16,136 nucleotides of DNA from Promethearchaeota archaeon (GCA_048938025.1 JBHLMP010000066.1:1-16136), one strand, 5' to 3'. Counted from the first letter of the stretch, positions 7,147-15,507 are shown. Numbers and translations: made by a program. Notes: generated from the letters alone by a model not told the origin.

Positions 7147-7386
7147 TTGGTAAAATTAGATAAAAGCGTTCAGCAACAGGATAACTCAATTCCCGCTCAA
7201 GTAATCCAAATTGTTGGTCGTACTGGGCTTACAGGAGAGATTTCACAAATAAAAGTGCGAATACTAGAAGGTCCTGATAAGAATAGAATTCTCACGCGAA
7301 ATGTGAAGGGTCCAATTAGAATCGATGATATAGTAATATTAAGAGAAGTCGAGCGTGAAGCACGAAAGATTCGAGGACGTCGATAG
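7147..7386 (+). CDS. rps28e: 30S ribosomal protein S28e (eS28)
   Basis: [49 protein letters not shown]. The likely start is TTG at 7147, 5 nt after GGTGA (7137-7141). Confidence 0.97.
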   Translation: MVKLDKSVQQQDNSIPAQVIQIVGRTGLTGEISQIKVRILEGPDKNRILTRNVKGPIRIDDIVILREVEREARKIRGRR

Positions 7387-7542
7387 AAACGCTGGTTTCA
7401 ATAAATTCTTGGAGTTTGATAAAACTTTTTTTAATAAAATGAATTTTAAAATCTTTTAAAATCTTAAAATTATATTTATTTATTTCTTTAAGATTTCTAA
7501 TTATTATTTTATTTATTCTATATCAAAAAATATCAATTTTTA

Positions 7543-7556
7543 TTTTTTTTTTTTTT
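7543..7556 (+). terminator. Oligo-T tract (T14), possible archaeal terminator
   Basis: 14 consecutive T in the very AT-rich spacer after rps28e. A shorter T run near 7426-7432 could equally serve. Confidence 0.3.
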
Positions 7557-7596
7557 CAAATTTCTTTATTAAGAAACATCAATTTACTACTATAAT

Positions 7597-8559
7597 ATGT
7601 CTTTGAAGGATATTGAAGAAGCTTATCACAGAATAAGAAGTGTTATTAATAGAACTCCAGTCATGACCTCGCGGATGCTTTGGCAGATTACTAAAGCATC
7701 CGTATACTTAAAATGTGAGAATTTCCAGCGAGCAGGATCATTCAAATTCAGGGGAGCTTTTAATACAATTTGTCAACTTTCATCTAAGCAGAAAAAAAGA
7801 GGAATAATTACCCATTCAAGTGGAAATCATGCTCAAGCAGTTGCATTAGCAGCTTCAATATTAGATATTCCAGCAACTATCGTCATGCCAAAAGATGCAC
7901 CTATTATAAAAGTTAATGCCACTAAAGAGTATGGTGCTAATGTTGTATTTTGTGACAATTCATTAGAAAGTCGAGTTTCTACCACTAAAAAATTAATGAC
8001 TGAAAAAAATTTGGTATTAATTCATCCATATGATAATGAAAGTGTTATTTATGGTCAAGGAACTGCAGTATATGAATTAATTAAAGAAGTAGGGGATTTA
8101 GATATGGTTATTGCTCCACTTGGTGGAGGAGGGTTATTAAGTGGAACTGCAATTGCAACTAAAGGGTTATGTTCAAAAGCGAAGGTTTACGGAGTTGAAC
8201 CCTCTATAGCAGATGATGCTTATCGATCTATTCGAGCAGGCTATATTATTCCAAGTATATATCCGGAAACCATTGCAGATGGATTACGTACATCTCTATG
8301 CGAAAGAACTTTTAAGATAATTCAAAAATATGTTGATAAGATTGTTACAGTATCAGAACTTGAAATTATAAATGGTATGAGATTTATTTGGGAAAGGATG
8401 AAACTTGTTGTTGAACCTTCTGGTTCAGTCCCTCTAGCAGCACTTTTATCAGAAAAGATTGAAGTAACTGACAAAAAAGTAGGTCTTATAATAAGCGGTG
8501 GAAATATTGATATCAATCCTTTTTTAAATTTTTTAAAAAAAAAAATTAAATCATTTTAA
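7597..8559 (+). CDS. Fold-type II PLP enzyme, serine racemase / Ser-Thr dehydratase family, no regulatory ACT domain
   Basis: LKCENFQRAGSFKFRGA (PLP Lys), THSSGNHAQA, HPYD, GQGT, GGGGLLSG, VEPSIADD, TIADG, EPSG and SGGN. Confidence 0.9.
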   Translation: MSLKDIEEAYHRIRSVINRTPVMTSRMLWQITKASVYLKCENFQRAGSFKFRGAFNTICQLSSKQKKRGIITHSSGNHAQAVALAASILDIPATIVMPKDAPIIKVNATKEYGANVVFCDNSLESRVSTTKKLMTEKNLVLIHPYDNESVIYGQGTAVYELIKEVGDLDMVIAPLGGGGLLSGTAIATKGLCSKAKVYGVEPSIADDAYRSIRAGYIIPSIYPETIADGLRTSLCERTFKIIQKYVDKIVTVSELEIINGMRFIWERMKLVVEPSGSVPLAALLSEKIEVTDKKVGLIISGGNIDINPFLNFLKKKIKSF

Positions 8560-8567
8560 AAAGAACA

Positions 8568-8927
8568 CTAATCCTCGATTTTTGGAATATCTTTAATTAC
8601 CTCATAATTTCCATTTGTAACTTGTATAAGCATTTCTACAACGTTATCCCATATTTTATCCATCATCAGACTTATTTTTTTAAAACTTTCTTTATTTTCA
8701 AACTTTAAATCAATAAATTGATTTTTATTGTTTATGTTAATTTCGATAGGAATATCTTCTCTTAATCCACCAAACATTTTCAACATTATTATAATTTCTT
8801 CAGGTTTTGCTAAATTTCCTTTGACTTCACTTTTAACAATAAGAGAAATTAAAAGATCTGATTCATATTTTTTAATTTCAATGGAATTTTTTAACATATC
8901 TTTTAATAGGGGAAATATTTCTTCCAT
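8568..8927 (-). CDS. Hypothetical protein (119 aa)
   Basis: ATG preceded by an AGGTGA SD; 27 nt downstream of the co-oriented hydrolase; plausible composition; no motif recognised. Confidence 0.75.
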   Translation of the reverse strand: MEEIFPLLKDMLKNSIEIKKYESDLLISLIVKSEVKGNLAKPEEIIIMLKMFGGLREDIPIEININNKNQFIDLKFENKESFKKISLMMDKIWDNVVEMLIQVTNGNYEVIKDIPKIED

Positions 8928-8954
8928 TTTATTTAATCACCTTGTATTTTTTTA

Positions 8955-10781
8955 TTATTTACCTCTTTGGAAAATAGGTAGATCGATATGAGAAGAAAAC
9001 TTATTATTTCTCGATACGTTTATTACTGGTCTACCATCCTTAGGGTATCTAGAGAAAGTGTCTTTATCTCCTCCAGCAATAGCTATTTTTATTCTATGAC
9101 CTTTTCGAATAAGCATAGAAGTTGTATGTAATCCAAATTTTATCTCTGCATTCTCTCCTGGAATTAATGGCATCGAATCTCCTTTTTTATAAGTATGGTA
9201 AGGTAATAATGTTTTGTAAGATGGTGTCTCTTCTGATATTTTTCTATGTATTACTCGAAACTCACCATCTGTAATATAAGTAATATTACCATTTTCGTCT
9301 ACATCCTCAAGATATACGAAAATAGCTCCATCTTCATGAGTAGAAGTTAAATGAAGAGACATTATTGCTTGACCAGTTATCTCAGTATCTTCTTTGAATG
9401 GTTCACTAGTATAAGATAATAATTTTTCATCCATCTTTTCTCGATTATCATAAAGAATAGGTAACGATAGTAAAGCCCACCAGCGATTGTTTTTTCCTGT
9501 TGTGGCTCGAAAGTTGATTTTATATTCATCCTCACCATCTTCTTTATAGGGTTTTTCTCTTGTTAATGAATAATTTTCGAACAAATACAATCTTAGATTC
9601 TTAATCCCTTTAGGTGGCCATAGTGTCGTCTTCTTCCATTGTTCTTCAACCATTGTGTAATAATAAAGCGTCTTGCCTTGAAATTTATTACCATAAATAC
9701 ATTTATCGAAAAAATTCATCCATGCATTTATTCTTTCTCTTGGAGTAGGATTCACTTTATTTCTCTCAGGAAAAAATTGATTTGCCGATAAATGAGCTCC
9801 ATGATTCCAGTCTCCTAAAATAGCGATCATTGGATTTTCTAAATTTAGAAATCGATGAATAATAGCATCCACATAACCGGAATCAAGCCAAGAACACCAA
9901 GCTAAAATAGGAACTTTAGATTTTTCAATTTTCTCTTTTTTTTTATAGATACTTAGATCTGAAAATGTAGTTCCTTCCGGAAGCATCTCATCTTGAAAAT
10001 CTCTTTCTAAAGTATGCTCATAAACATATTGATTAGATTGGTGCAAGTTCATTACTTCTTTAAGATTTTTAAGTTCTAAATCATTATCAACAGGTTTAAC
10101 TCCTTTTACAAATAACCATACTTCAGGCATAATTTGTCTAAACACTTTAGGATTATTAATATCCAAATTTTTTCCTAAAAATGACCATAATTGCATAAAT
10201 GCATGATCATATACTCCTCCTGGAAATGCAACATCAACGTAAGGATCCCAAAATGCATGTCCAGGTATTACTGCTTTTATGGCAGGATGTTCATTTACCG
10301 GAATTAATTCAGCAGTAGTACCACTATATGAAATTCCTTTTGATACTATATTACCATCTGACCATGGTTGAGAAATAATCCATTCTATAATATCGTTACC
10401 ATCTTTTACTTCTTCATCGGAAAAGGGGACAATCCTAGTCCCATAGGACGCACCAGTTCCCCTTGCATCAGTTTTTATATAAGCATAACCACGGCTTGTA
10501 ATAACTTCTGGATTTGGTATATCTGAAACCATCTCATCAAGAATCCATCTAAAAGGAATCCTTAACTCCATTGCTCTCCAATATCTCGTTTGATTTAATA
10601 CTGATGGAATTCTATCACTTGACTTAAGTCCTTTTGGAAGACAAATATTTGCGGCTATTTTAATACCATCTCGCACTGGAATATAAACTGATTGAATCGA
10701 ATAACCATCCTTATATTTCATTTTTGGAATTTTTCCCAATTCCTTAAAAGGATTGTTTTTAATTGCTTTTGGATCCGTCAT
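8955..10781 (-). CDS. CocE/NonD family alpha/beta hydrolase (peptidase S15-like)
   Basis: YIPVRDGIKIAANICLP, QTRYW, DARGTGASYG, nucleophile motif GISYSG, SWLD (Asp) and GDWNH (His); C-terminal jelly-roll with LSYTSEP, ITDG.FR and KGHRIKIAIAG. Confidence 0.93.
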   Translation of the reverse strand: MTDPKAIKNNPFKELGKIPKMKYKDGYSIQSVYIPVRDGIKIAANICLPKGLKSSDRIPSVLNQTRYWRAMELRIPFRWILDEMVSDIPNPEVITSRGYAYIKTDARGTGASYGTRIVPFSDEEVKDGNDIIEWIISQPWSDGNIVSKGISYSGTTAELIPVNEHPAIKAVIPGHAFWDPYVDVAFPGGVYDHAFMQLWSFLGKNLDINNPKVFRQIMPEVWLFVKGVKPVDNDLELKNLKEVMNLHQSNQYVYEHTLERDFQDEMLPEGTTFSDLSIYKKKEKIEKSKVPILAWCSWLDSGYVDAIIHRFLNLENPMIAILGDWNHGAHLSANQFFPERNKVNPTPRERINAWMNFFDKCIYGNKFQGKTLYYYTMVEEQWKKTTLWPPKGIKNLRLYLFENYSLTREKPYKEDGEDEYKINFRATTGKNNRWWALLSLPILYDNREKMDEKLLSYTSEPFKEDTEITGQAIMSLHLTSTHEDGAIFVYLEDVDENGNITYITDGEFRVIHRKISEETPSYKTLLPYHTYKKGDSMPLIPGENAEIKFGLHTTSMLIRKGHRIKIAIAGGDKDTFSRYPKDGRPVINVSRNNKFSSHIDLPIFQRGK

Positions 10782-10817
10782 TTTTGTTCTTTTAATTTAA
10801 ATAGGTTTTTAAATAAT

Positions 10818-10851
10818 TGATAGTACTATCATTGTCAAGTTTTTATATAAA
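10818..10851 (-). promoter_or_regulatory. TATA box plus 14-bp palindromic operator upstream of the CocE/NonD gene
   Basis: Perfect palindrome TGATAGTACTATCA at 10818-10831; minus-strand TTTATATA at 10851-10844. Confidence 0.55.
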
Positions 10852-10997
10852 CTTTTTATATTTCAACCTTTATTAAGCAAAGATTTACACTTCTATGGAT
10901 AAAGTCTTATTAGCTATTTTGTTAACAAATTAAAAAGACGAAAAAAATCAAAAAAATTAAGAAAGAAACTATTAGGAAAAGAAGATATTTTATTTTT

Positions 10998-11207
10998 TTA
11001 TAAATTATCTTCAAAATAGTCTAACAACTTCAAATTATCATACTCTTTATGTAAAAACTCTCTAAGGGCGGTTCTAATTGCCTCTGACCGAGATGGCATT
11101 AGATTCATTTTAATTAATCTTTGTATATTTTTATCATAGATATCTGGGATATTTATAGTAATATTGACCATTTTAGGTTTTTTTTTCTTTTTCTTGTCCT
11201 CTGTCAT
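10998..11207 (-). CDS. Ribbon-helix-helix (CopG/MetJ/Arc-like) transcriptional regulator
   Basis: Alternating beta strand NITINIP, helix, then SRSEAIRTALREFL; Lys-rich N-terminus. Confidence 0.88.
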   Translation of the reverse strand: MTEDKKKKKKPKMVNITINIPDIYDKNIQRLIKMNLMPSRSEAIRTALREFLHKEYDNLKLLDYFEDNL

Positions 11208-11245
11208 GCAGCTTACACAAACTTATTTAACTTGAAGAAAATTAT

Positions 11246-11303
11246 AAAAAGTGGAGTACTAATTAGACAAAAATCACTCTGCCCTTAACAAAACTCCATT
11301 TTT
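11246..11303 (-). promoter_or_regulatory. Putative structured 5' leader of the RHH gene with a 4-codon uORF
   Basis: On the minus strand, AAAAAUGGAGU pairs with ACUCCA(C)UUUUU, and the inner stem is GGCAGAG-UGAU-UUUUGUC. ATG GAG TTT TGT TAA lies at 11299-11285. Confidence 0.5.
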
Positions 11304-11565
11304 GGCTATATTATAGTAAGTAAAACTTATTTATATACTTATGTTGTTTATAAATGAACGCTAAATCGAATATAAATATTTTTTATATCTTTATTATATA
11401 TTTGAACGATTATAACAATCACTTTTAATCCAATTGAACATATTTTATTTTTACCTCAAACCATACTTTAAAGAAGAGTTACCATTTAAATAAGAAAATG
11501 ATAGGGTTCAAAATTTACACTTCATTTTTTCTATTAGTTTTATTTAGTTAGGAAAAGAATTCGAA

Positions 11566-12117
11566 ATGGAAAAAAAAAATAGTATCTTAAATATAATTAA
11601 GTCCAGAAGAAGCACACGCAGATTCAAAACAGATATGATACCTGATGAAGATTTATATGCAGTACTAGAAGCAGCTAGATGGGCACCTTCCGGGGACAAT
11701 AAGCAACCGTGGAAATTTATTGTGATAAAAAATAGGGAGATTATGATGAAAATCGTTGAAATATCACCTTTAAAAGGATTCCACGCATTTCTTAGGAATG
11801 GACCGGTATTAATCGCAATTTTAGTAAATTCTAAGGTATCAAAATGGGTGATTTTAGATGGAGCTATTTGCACTCAAAATTTAATGTTAGAAGCTTGGGC
11901 TCGGGGATTAGGTACATGCTTTTCATCATGGTACCCGACAATGCCTTCTTCAATTGTAAAAGAAGTTAAAAAATTATTAGACATTCCAGATAATTGGATT
12001 ATTATTACATTTACGCCATTAGGTTATCCTGTTGACGATCCTGAGCGAGCATATATACTCCCCGCTAAAAGAAAACCATTAGAAAGAGTGGTATGTTATG
12101 AAAAATTTGAAGGATAA
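11566..12117 (+). CDS. Nitroreductase family flavoprotein
   Basis: IKSRRSTRRF, AARWAPSGDNKQPWKF, DGAICTQNLMLEAWARGLGTC, LGYP and RKPLE. Confidence 0.93.
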   Translation: MEKKNSILNIIKSRRSTRRFKTDMIPDEDLYAVLEAARWAPSGDNKQPWKFIVIKNREIMMKIVEISPLKGFHAFLRNGPVLIAILVNSKVSKWVILDGAICTQNLMLEAWARGLGTCFSSWYPTMPSSIVKEVKKLLDIPDNWIIITFTPLGYPVDDPERAYILPAKRKPLERVVCYEKFEG

Positions 12118-12128
12118 GTTAATCTTTA

Positions 12129-12806
12129 TTACAATCTTTCTTCCGATTTTACGTATCTGCCACGTGTTTCAATGGCATTAATATTCTGTATTATCATATT
12201 ATATACATTTAAGTCTTCTCTATCATATTCTGACTTATATCCTTCGAGAAAAGCTTTAAAACAAAATTCGTAATCTTTTCCATGAGATGAAATCAAAACT
12301 CTCTTAAAAAGGTGGAGATCAACACTTTTATCTTCTATTGTGTCGGAATATTCATGTAAACCAAAATCTATTAAAAAAATGTCTTCATTTTGAGTTATTA
12401 TAATGTTGCTAGTGGTAATATCACCATGGATATGACCATTTTTATGAAGTGATGCAATATCACGACCAATCTTCTTAAAATATTCTTGTTTTTTAGTATC
12501 ATTTAAAGAATTCAAAATATCTTTCAATTTTTCTCCTTTTATATATTTCATCACAATTGTAGAATTTTTAGTATCAATCTCATAGACTTGTGGGACATTT
12601 AATCCAAAATTTTTCACAGTAATCAAAGCACGAGATTCAATCATTGTTCTCATAGTTCTAATCTTCTTATCTAATTCTTCTAATCGATACTTTTTAGGAA
12701 TTCGATACTTAAAGATCACTTCTTTATTAAACCAATGTCCATAGTAGAGGCTTGCCTCAGCTCCCTTGTGTATAAGTTTTTCTTTTATAATTTCTGAATT
12801 TGACAT
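12129..12806 (-). CDS. bud32: KEOPS complex kinase/ATPase Bud32
   Basis: KGAEA, KYRIPKKYR, HGDITTSN, IDFGL, EDKSVDL and IETRGRY; directly downstream of kae1. Confidence 0.96.
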   Translation of the reverse strand: MSNSEIIKEKLIHKGAEASLYYGHWFNKEVIFKYRIPKKYRLEELDKKIRTMRTMIESRALITVKNFGLNVPQVYEIDTKNSTIVMKYIKGEKLKDILNSLNDTKKQEYFKKIGRDIASLHKNGHIHGDITTSNIIITQNEDIFLIDFGLHEYSDTIEDKSVDLHLFKRVLISSHGKDYEFCFKAFLEGYKSEYDREDLNVYNMIIQNINAIETRGRYVKSEERL

Positions 12807-12809
12807 TAT

Positions 12810-13823
12810 TTAAATCCTCCACGGAACAGTTATTTGATCCATACGTTCTTTCGGATTAATAGTGGTTTCGGAAATATCCTGACCTCCTATTGAATTATAC
12901 CTTAAAATTCCTGTCCACCCTATCATTGCACCATTATCTCCTGCATATTTTAAGGGCACTACTTCAAATCTCGCACTATGTTCTTTACTGATATATTCAA
13001 TCATTTGTTGGAGTCTTTTATTAGCAGCAACTCCCCCAGTTAATAGAACTTCTGTCTTCTCTGTATGGGCTAAAGCTCTTTCAGTAACTTCAGTTAACAT
13101 TGCAAAAGCAGTTTCTTGTAATGAATTTGCAACGTCGTTTAAGTTATATTTTTTATTAAAATCTTCAGATTCAATTAATCTTTTTGCAGCTGTATAAATG
13201 CCAGAAAAAGATAGATCCATTCCTTTTACTACATAAGGTAATGGTAGATATTTATTTGACTTCTGAGCTAATTCTTCTATCTTAGGTCCTCCTGGATGAG
13301 ATAATCCGGCATCTCGGGCAAATGAATCAATCATATTCCCAATCGCTAAATCTAATGTTTCTCCAAAAATCTGATATCTACTAGATTCAAATGCACTTAC
13401 TATAGTATTTCCTCCAGAAACATATAAAGTTAGTGGATCTTTAATATTACACATCAAACGCCCTATTTCTATGTGAGCAATACAATGGTTTACACCAACA
13501 ATTGGGATTTTTAAAATTTGACTTAACATCCGAGTAATCAATGCACCAATTTTTAATACTGGTCCTAATCCAGGGCTTTGACTAAATGCAATCAAATTAA
13601 TATCCTTAATTGAGATCCTTGCTTCAGTAAGAGCTTTTATTATTGTATTCATAAAATTGTTAAGGTGGTGTTCTCTTACTAAAATGGGATGAAGTCCCCC
13701 TTTTTCAGGTATATATATATCATTTACAAGACTATGAACTTTCCCCTCAAAATCAACGATCCCCACACTGAATGTGTGAGCTGTAGATTCAATTCCGAGA
13801 ACTAACTCCCGAATTTGACACAC
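12810..13823 (-). CDS. kae1: KEOPS complex tRNA t6A threonylcarbamoyltransferase Kae1 (standalone)
   Basis: LGIESTAHT, HCIAHIE, YVSGGNT, GETLD, KGMDLSFSG, GGVAAN and DNGAMI. The start is either GTG at 13823 or ATT at 13814. Confidence 0.97.
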   Translation of the reverse strand: MCQIRELVLGIESTAHTFSVGIVDFEGKVHSLVNDIYIPEKGGLHPILVREHHLNNFMNTIIKALTEARISIKDINLIAFSQSPGLGPVLKIGALITRMLSQILKIPIVGVNHCIAHIEIGRLMCNIKDPLTLYVSGGNTIVSAFESSRYQIFGETLDLAIGNMIDSFARDAGLSHPGGPKIEELAQKSNKYLPLPYVVKGMDLSFSGIYTAAKRLIESEDFNKKYNLNDVANSLQETAFAMLTEVTERALAHTEKTEVLLTGGVAANKRLQQMIEYISKEHSARFEVVPLKYAGDNGAMIGWTGILRYNSIGGQDISETTINPKERMDQITVPWRI

Positions 13824-13900
13824 CTCTAACCTAATTATTTAAAAAGAAAGAATTATATGAACCTTATAGAAACTAGTTTTGTTATTTTTAAAAGTCCAAT

Positions 13901-14140
13901 TTAACTATCCATTGATTTAACACGCTTTCGAGGGGTTCTTCTTGCTACTTTTGCTTTTCCTTTAGTTCCTGCGGCTGCTTTTTTCCCTTTTCTCTTAAAA
14001 ACTGTATAAGCACAATTACCGCATACCCATCTATCATAATGATCTGCTAGGAAATAACTTGGACCACATTTTGGACATGATCTATGAGTTCTAACTAACT
14101 TATCTCCTTCAATTTTATAAAATTTTGATACATCTGTCAT
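13901..14140 (-). CDS. rps27ae: 30S ribosomal protein S27ae (eS31), no ubiquitin fusion, basic C-terminal extension
   Basis: FYKIEGDKLVR..CPKCG..FLADH.DRW.CGNCAYT. The start is ATG at 14140 or 14152. Confidence 0.95.
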   Translation of the reverse strand: MTDVSKFYKIEGDKLVRTHRSCPKCGPSYFLADHYDRWVCGNCAYTVFKRKGKKAAAGTKGKAKVARRTPRKRVKSMDS

Positions 14141-14160
14141 TTTTTTAATCATTATATTAA

Positions 14161-14517
14161 TTATTTATATTCAAAAAGATGTTTGTATGGTTCTTTTCTC
14201 TTTTTTAATTTATATATTTCTGTTCTTTTCTCTTTGTCAAGATTGCGAACTTGAATATGAAAAGGTTCAAAAAATTGAAGCTCTTTTGCATTTTCATATA
14301 TATTTACTTTTCCTATAGCGTACGATGCCCCAAAATGTGTCTTTAATTCTTTTATTATCGTAAGATTTTCATTTGATTTCTTCATGGTAGCAATCTTCTT
14401 CTTTACATCTAATCTATTTGGCGTACCAGCTGCAAAATGATCTACTCGAAATTTGATTTCAACTCTGTCTATTAAGGGATTTTTCTTTTCTTCCAATATT
14501 TCTATGGTATATGGCAT
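14161..14517 (-). CDS. rps24e: 30S ribosomal protein S24e (eS24)
   Basis: NPLIDRVEI, GTPNR.DV, T.FG...AIG.VNIYE and FEP.HI.VRN; GAGGT SD; canonical synteny. Confidence 0.95.
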   Translation of the reverse strand: MPYTIEILEEKKNPLIDRVEIKFRVDHFAAGTPNRLDVKKKIATMKKSNENLTIIKELKTHFGASYAIGKVNIYENAKELQFFEPFHIQVRNLDKEKRTEIYKLKKRKEPYKHLFEYK

Positions 14518-14610
14518 TTTGAACCTCTTATTTTTCGGAAAATTTAGAGATTAATCTATAGTTATAAAAATTAAAAGATAAGATAAAAAATAAAATTTTT
14601 GTTTTATTCC

Positions 14611-15198
14611 CTAAAACTTTTCCATTAATTTAATTGTGTCTTTCACTTGATTTTGAATTTTCTCATCCACATCCACAATTACAATGCCCTCTGGAATTGT
14701 AAATTCTGAATCTGTTATTGGAGGTTGCCCGTAAAAAACAAAATTTTTAACTTGCTCTTTTATCGGAAGTCCTAATACAAGTGGTAAAACTAATAAATCT
14801 TCTTCTCCTTCTATTATTTTAATTAAAGTTCTTTTATCAGAAACAATAATTGATTTAAAAAGATCCCAACTTTCTTTCTGGATTGTTCCTTTAGGATTTT
14901 GAAATTCAATGATTTCTTCAAAGAATCCTTTAAAATTTATCTCAATCTGATTTCTCTGAGTTTTTTCATCGATAATACAAACTTTTATGAAAGATTTTAA
15001 AAATTTATTAGCAAAAAAATCCTTTGCTACAATATCTCCTACTATATAAAAATTAGGATTTTCATTGGTTTTTAGAAACTCTCTAAAAATGTCTTCTACC
15101 TGAATAATTGTTTCATCCCGTGTTCCTGCAATTAAAATATCTAAAGGTTCAGCAAACTTAAATCTTAAATTTTCAGGTACTTTTAAATTATAATCCAT
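14611..15198 (-). CDS. GTP-dependent dephospho-CoA kinase (DUF359 family)
   Basis: VGDIV, IIDEKTQR, NPKGTI, EGEEDLLVLP and YGQP; canonical position between spt4 and rps24e. Confidence 0.9.
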   Translation of the reverse strand: MDYNLKVPENLRFKFAEPLDILIAGTRDETIIQVEDIFREFLKTNENPNFYIVGDIVAKDFFANKFLKSFIKVCIIDEKTQRNQIEINFKGFFEEIIEFQNPKGTIQKESWDLFKSIIVSDKRTLIKIIEGEEDLLVLPLVLGLPIKEQVKNFVFYGQPPITDSEFTIPEGIVIVDVDEKIQNQVKDTIKLMEKF

Positions 15199-15292
15199 TT
15201 AAATCAATATCATTAATAATATTTTTATTAAAATCTTTACTAAGAAATTAAAGTCTATACCAACCATAACTATGAAATAGTTATAGAAAAAA

Positions 15293-15481
15293 TTATCTAA
15301 CCCTTAATGCGTATTTCCCTGGAAACTGTATCTTGAGGTTTTGTGCAAATTTTGATTCCTTAGGATTTATTATTATGACCTCTCCAGTGAAATCTTCACT
15401 TAGAGTATGCGTCTTGCATTTAGGGCATATGTTTTCATTTTTAGTTATTAAATGACAATTTTTACATGCCTTCTCTTTCAT
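15293..15481 (-). CDS. spt4: Transcription elongation factor Spt4 (RpoE'')
   Basis: KACKNCH..CPKC..LSEDFTG.VIIINPKES..A..L.I..PGKYALRVR. Confidence 0.96.
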   Translation of the reverse strand: MKEKACKNCHLITKNENICPKCKTHTLSEDFTGEVIIINPKESKFAQNLKIQFPGKYALRVR

Positions 15482-15507
15482 GATTCACACTTGATTGATA
15501 ATACTTA

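Noticed and set aside
7444-7496. TTTTAAAATC tandem copies and the AAATCTTAAA/TTTAAGATTT inverted repeat
   Set aside because: Low-complexity sequence in an extremely AT-rich spacer; no regular repeat-spacer structure, so not CRISPR and probably chance.
8322-8991. ORFs 8322-8516 (-) and 8728-8991 (+)
   Set aside because: Antisense to the PLP enzyme, and to the 119-aa and hydrolase genes, respectively.
11544-11873. Minus-strand 109-aa ORF
   Set aside because: Antisense to the nitroreductase.
12129-13823. Possible Kae1-Bud32 fusion or read-through
   Set aside because: kae1 ends in TAA followed immediately by a second TAA, and bud32 has its own ATG. Split genes are ordinary outside some Euryarchaeota.
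14140-14160. Possible ubiquitin-S27a fusion as a eukaryotic signature
   Set aside because: rps24e ends 8 nt before the first ATG, leaving no room for a ubiquitin domain.
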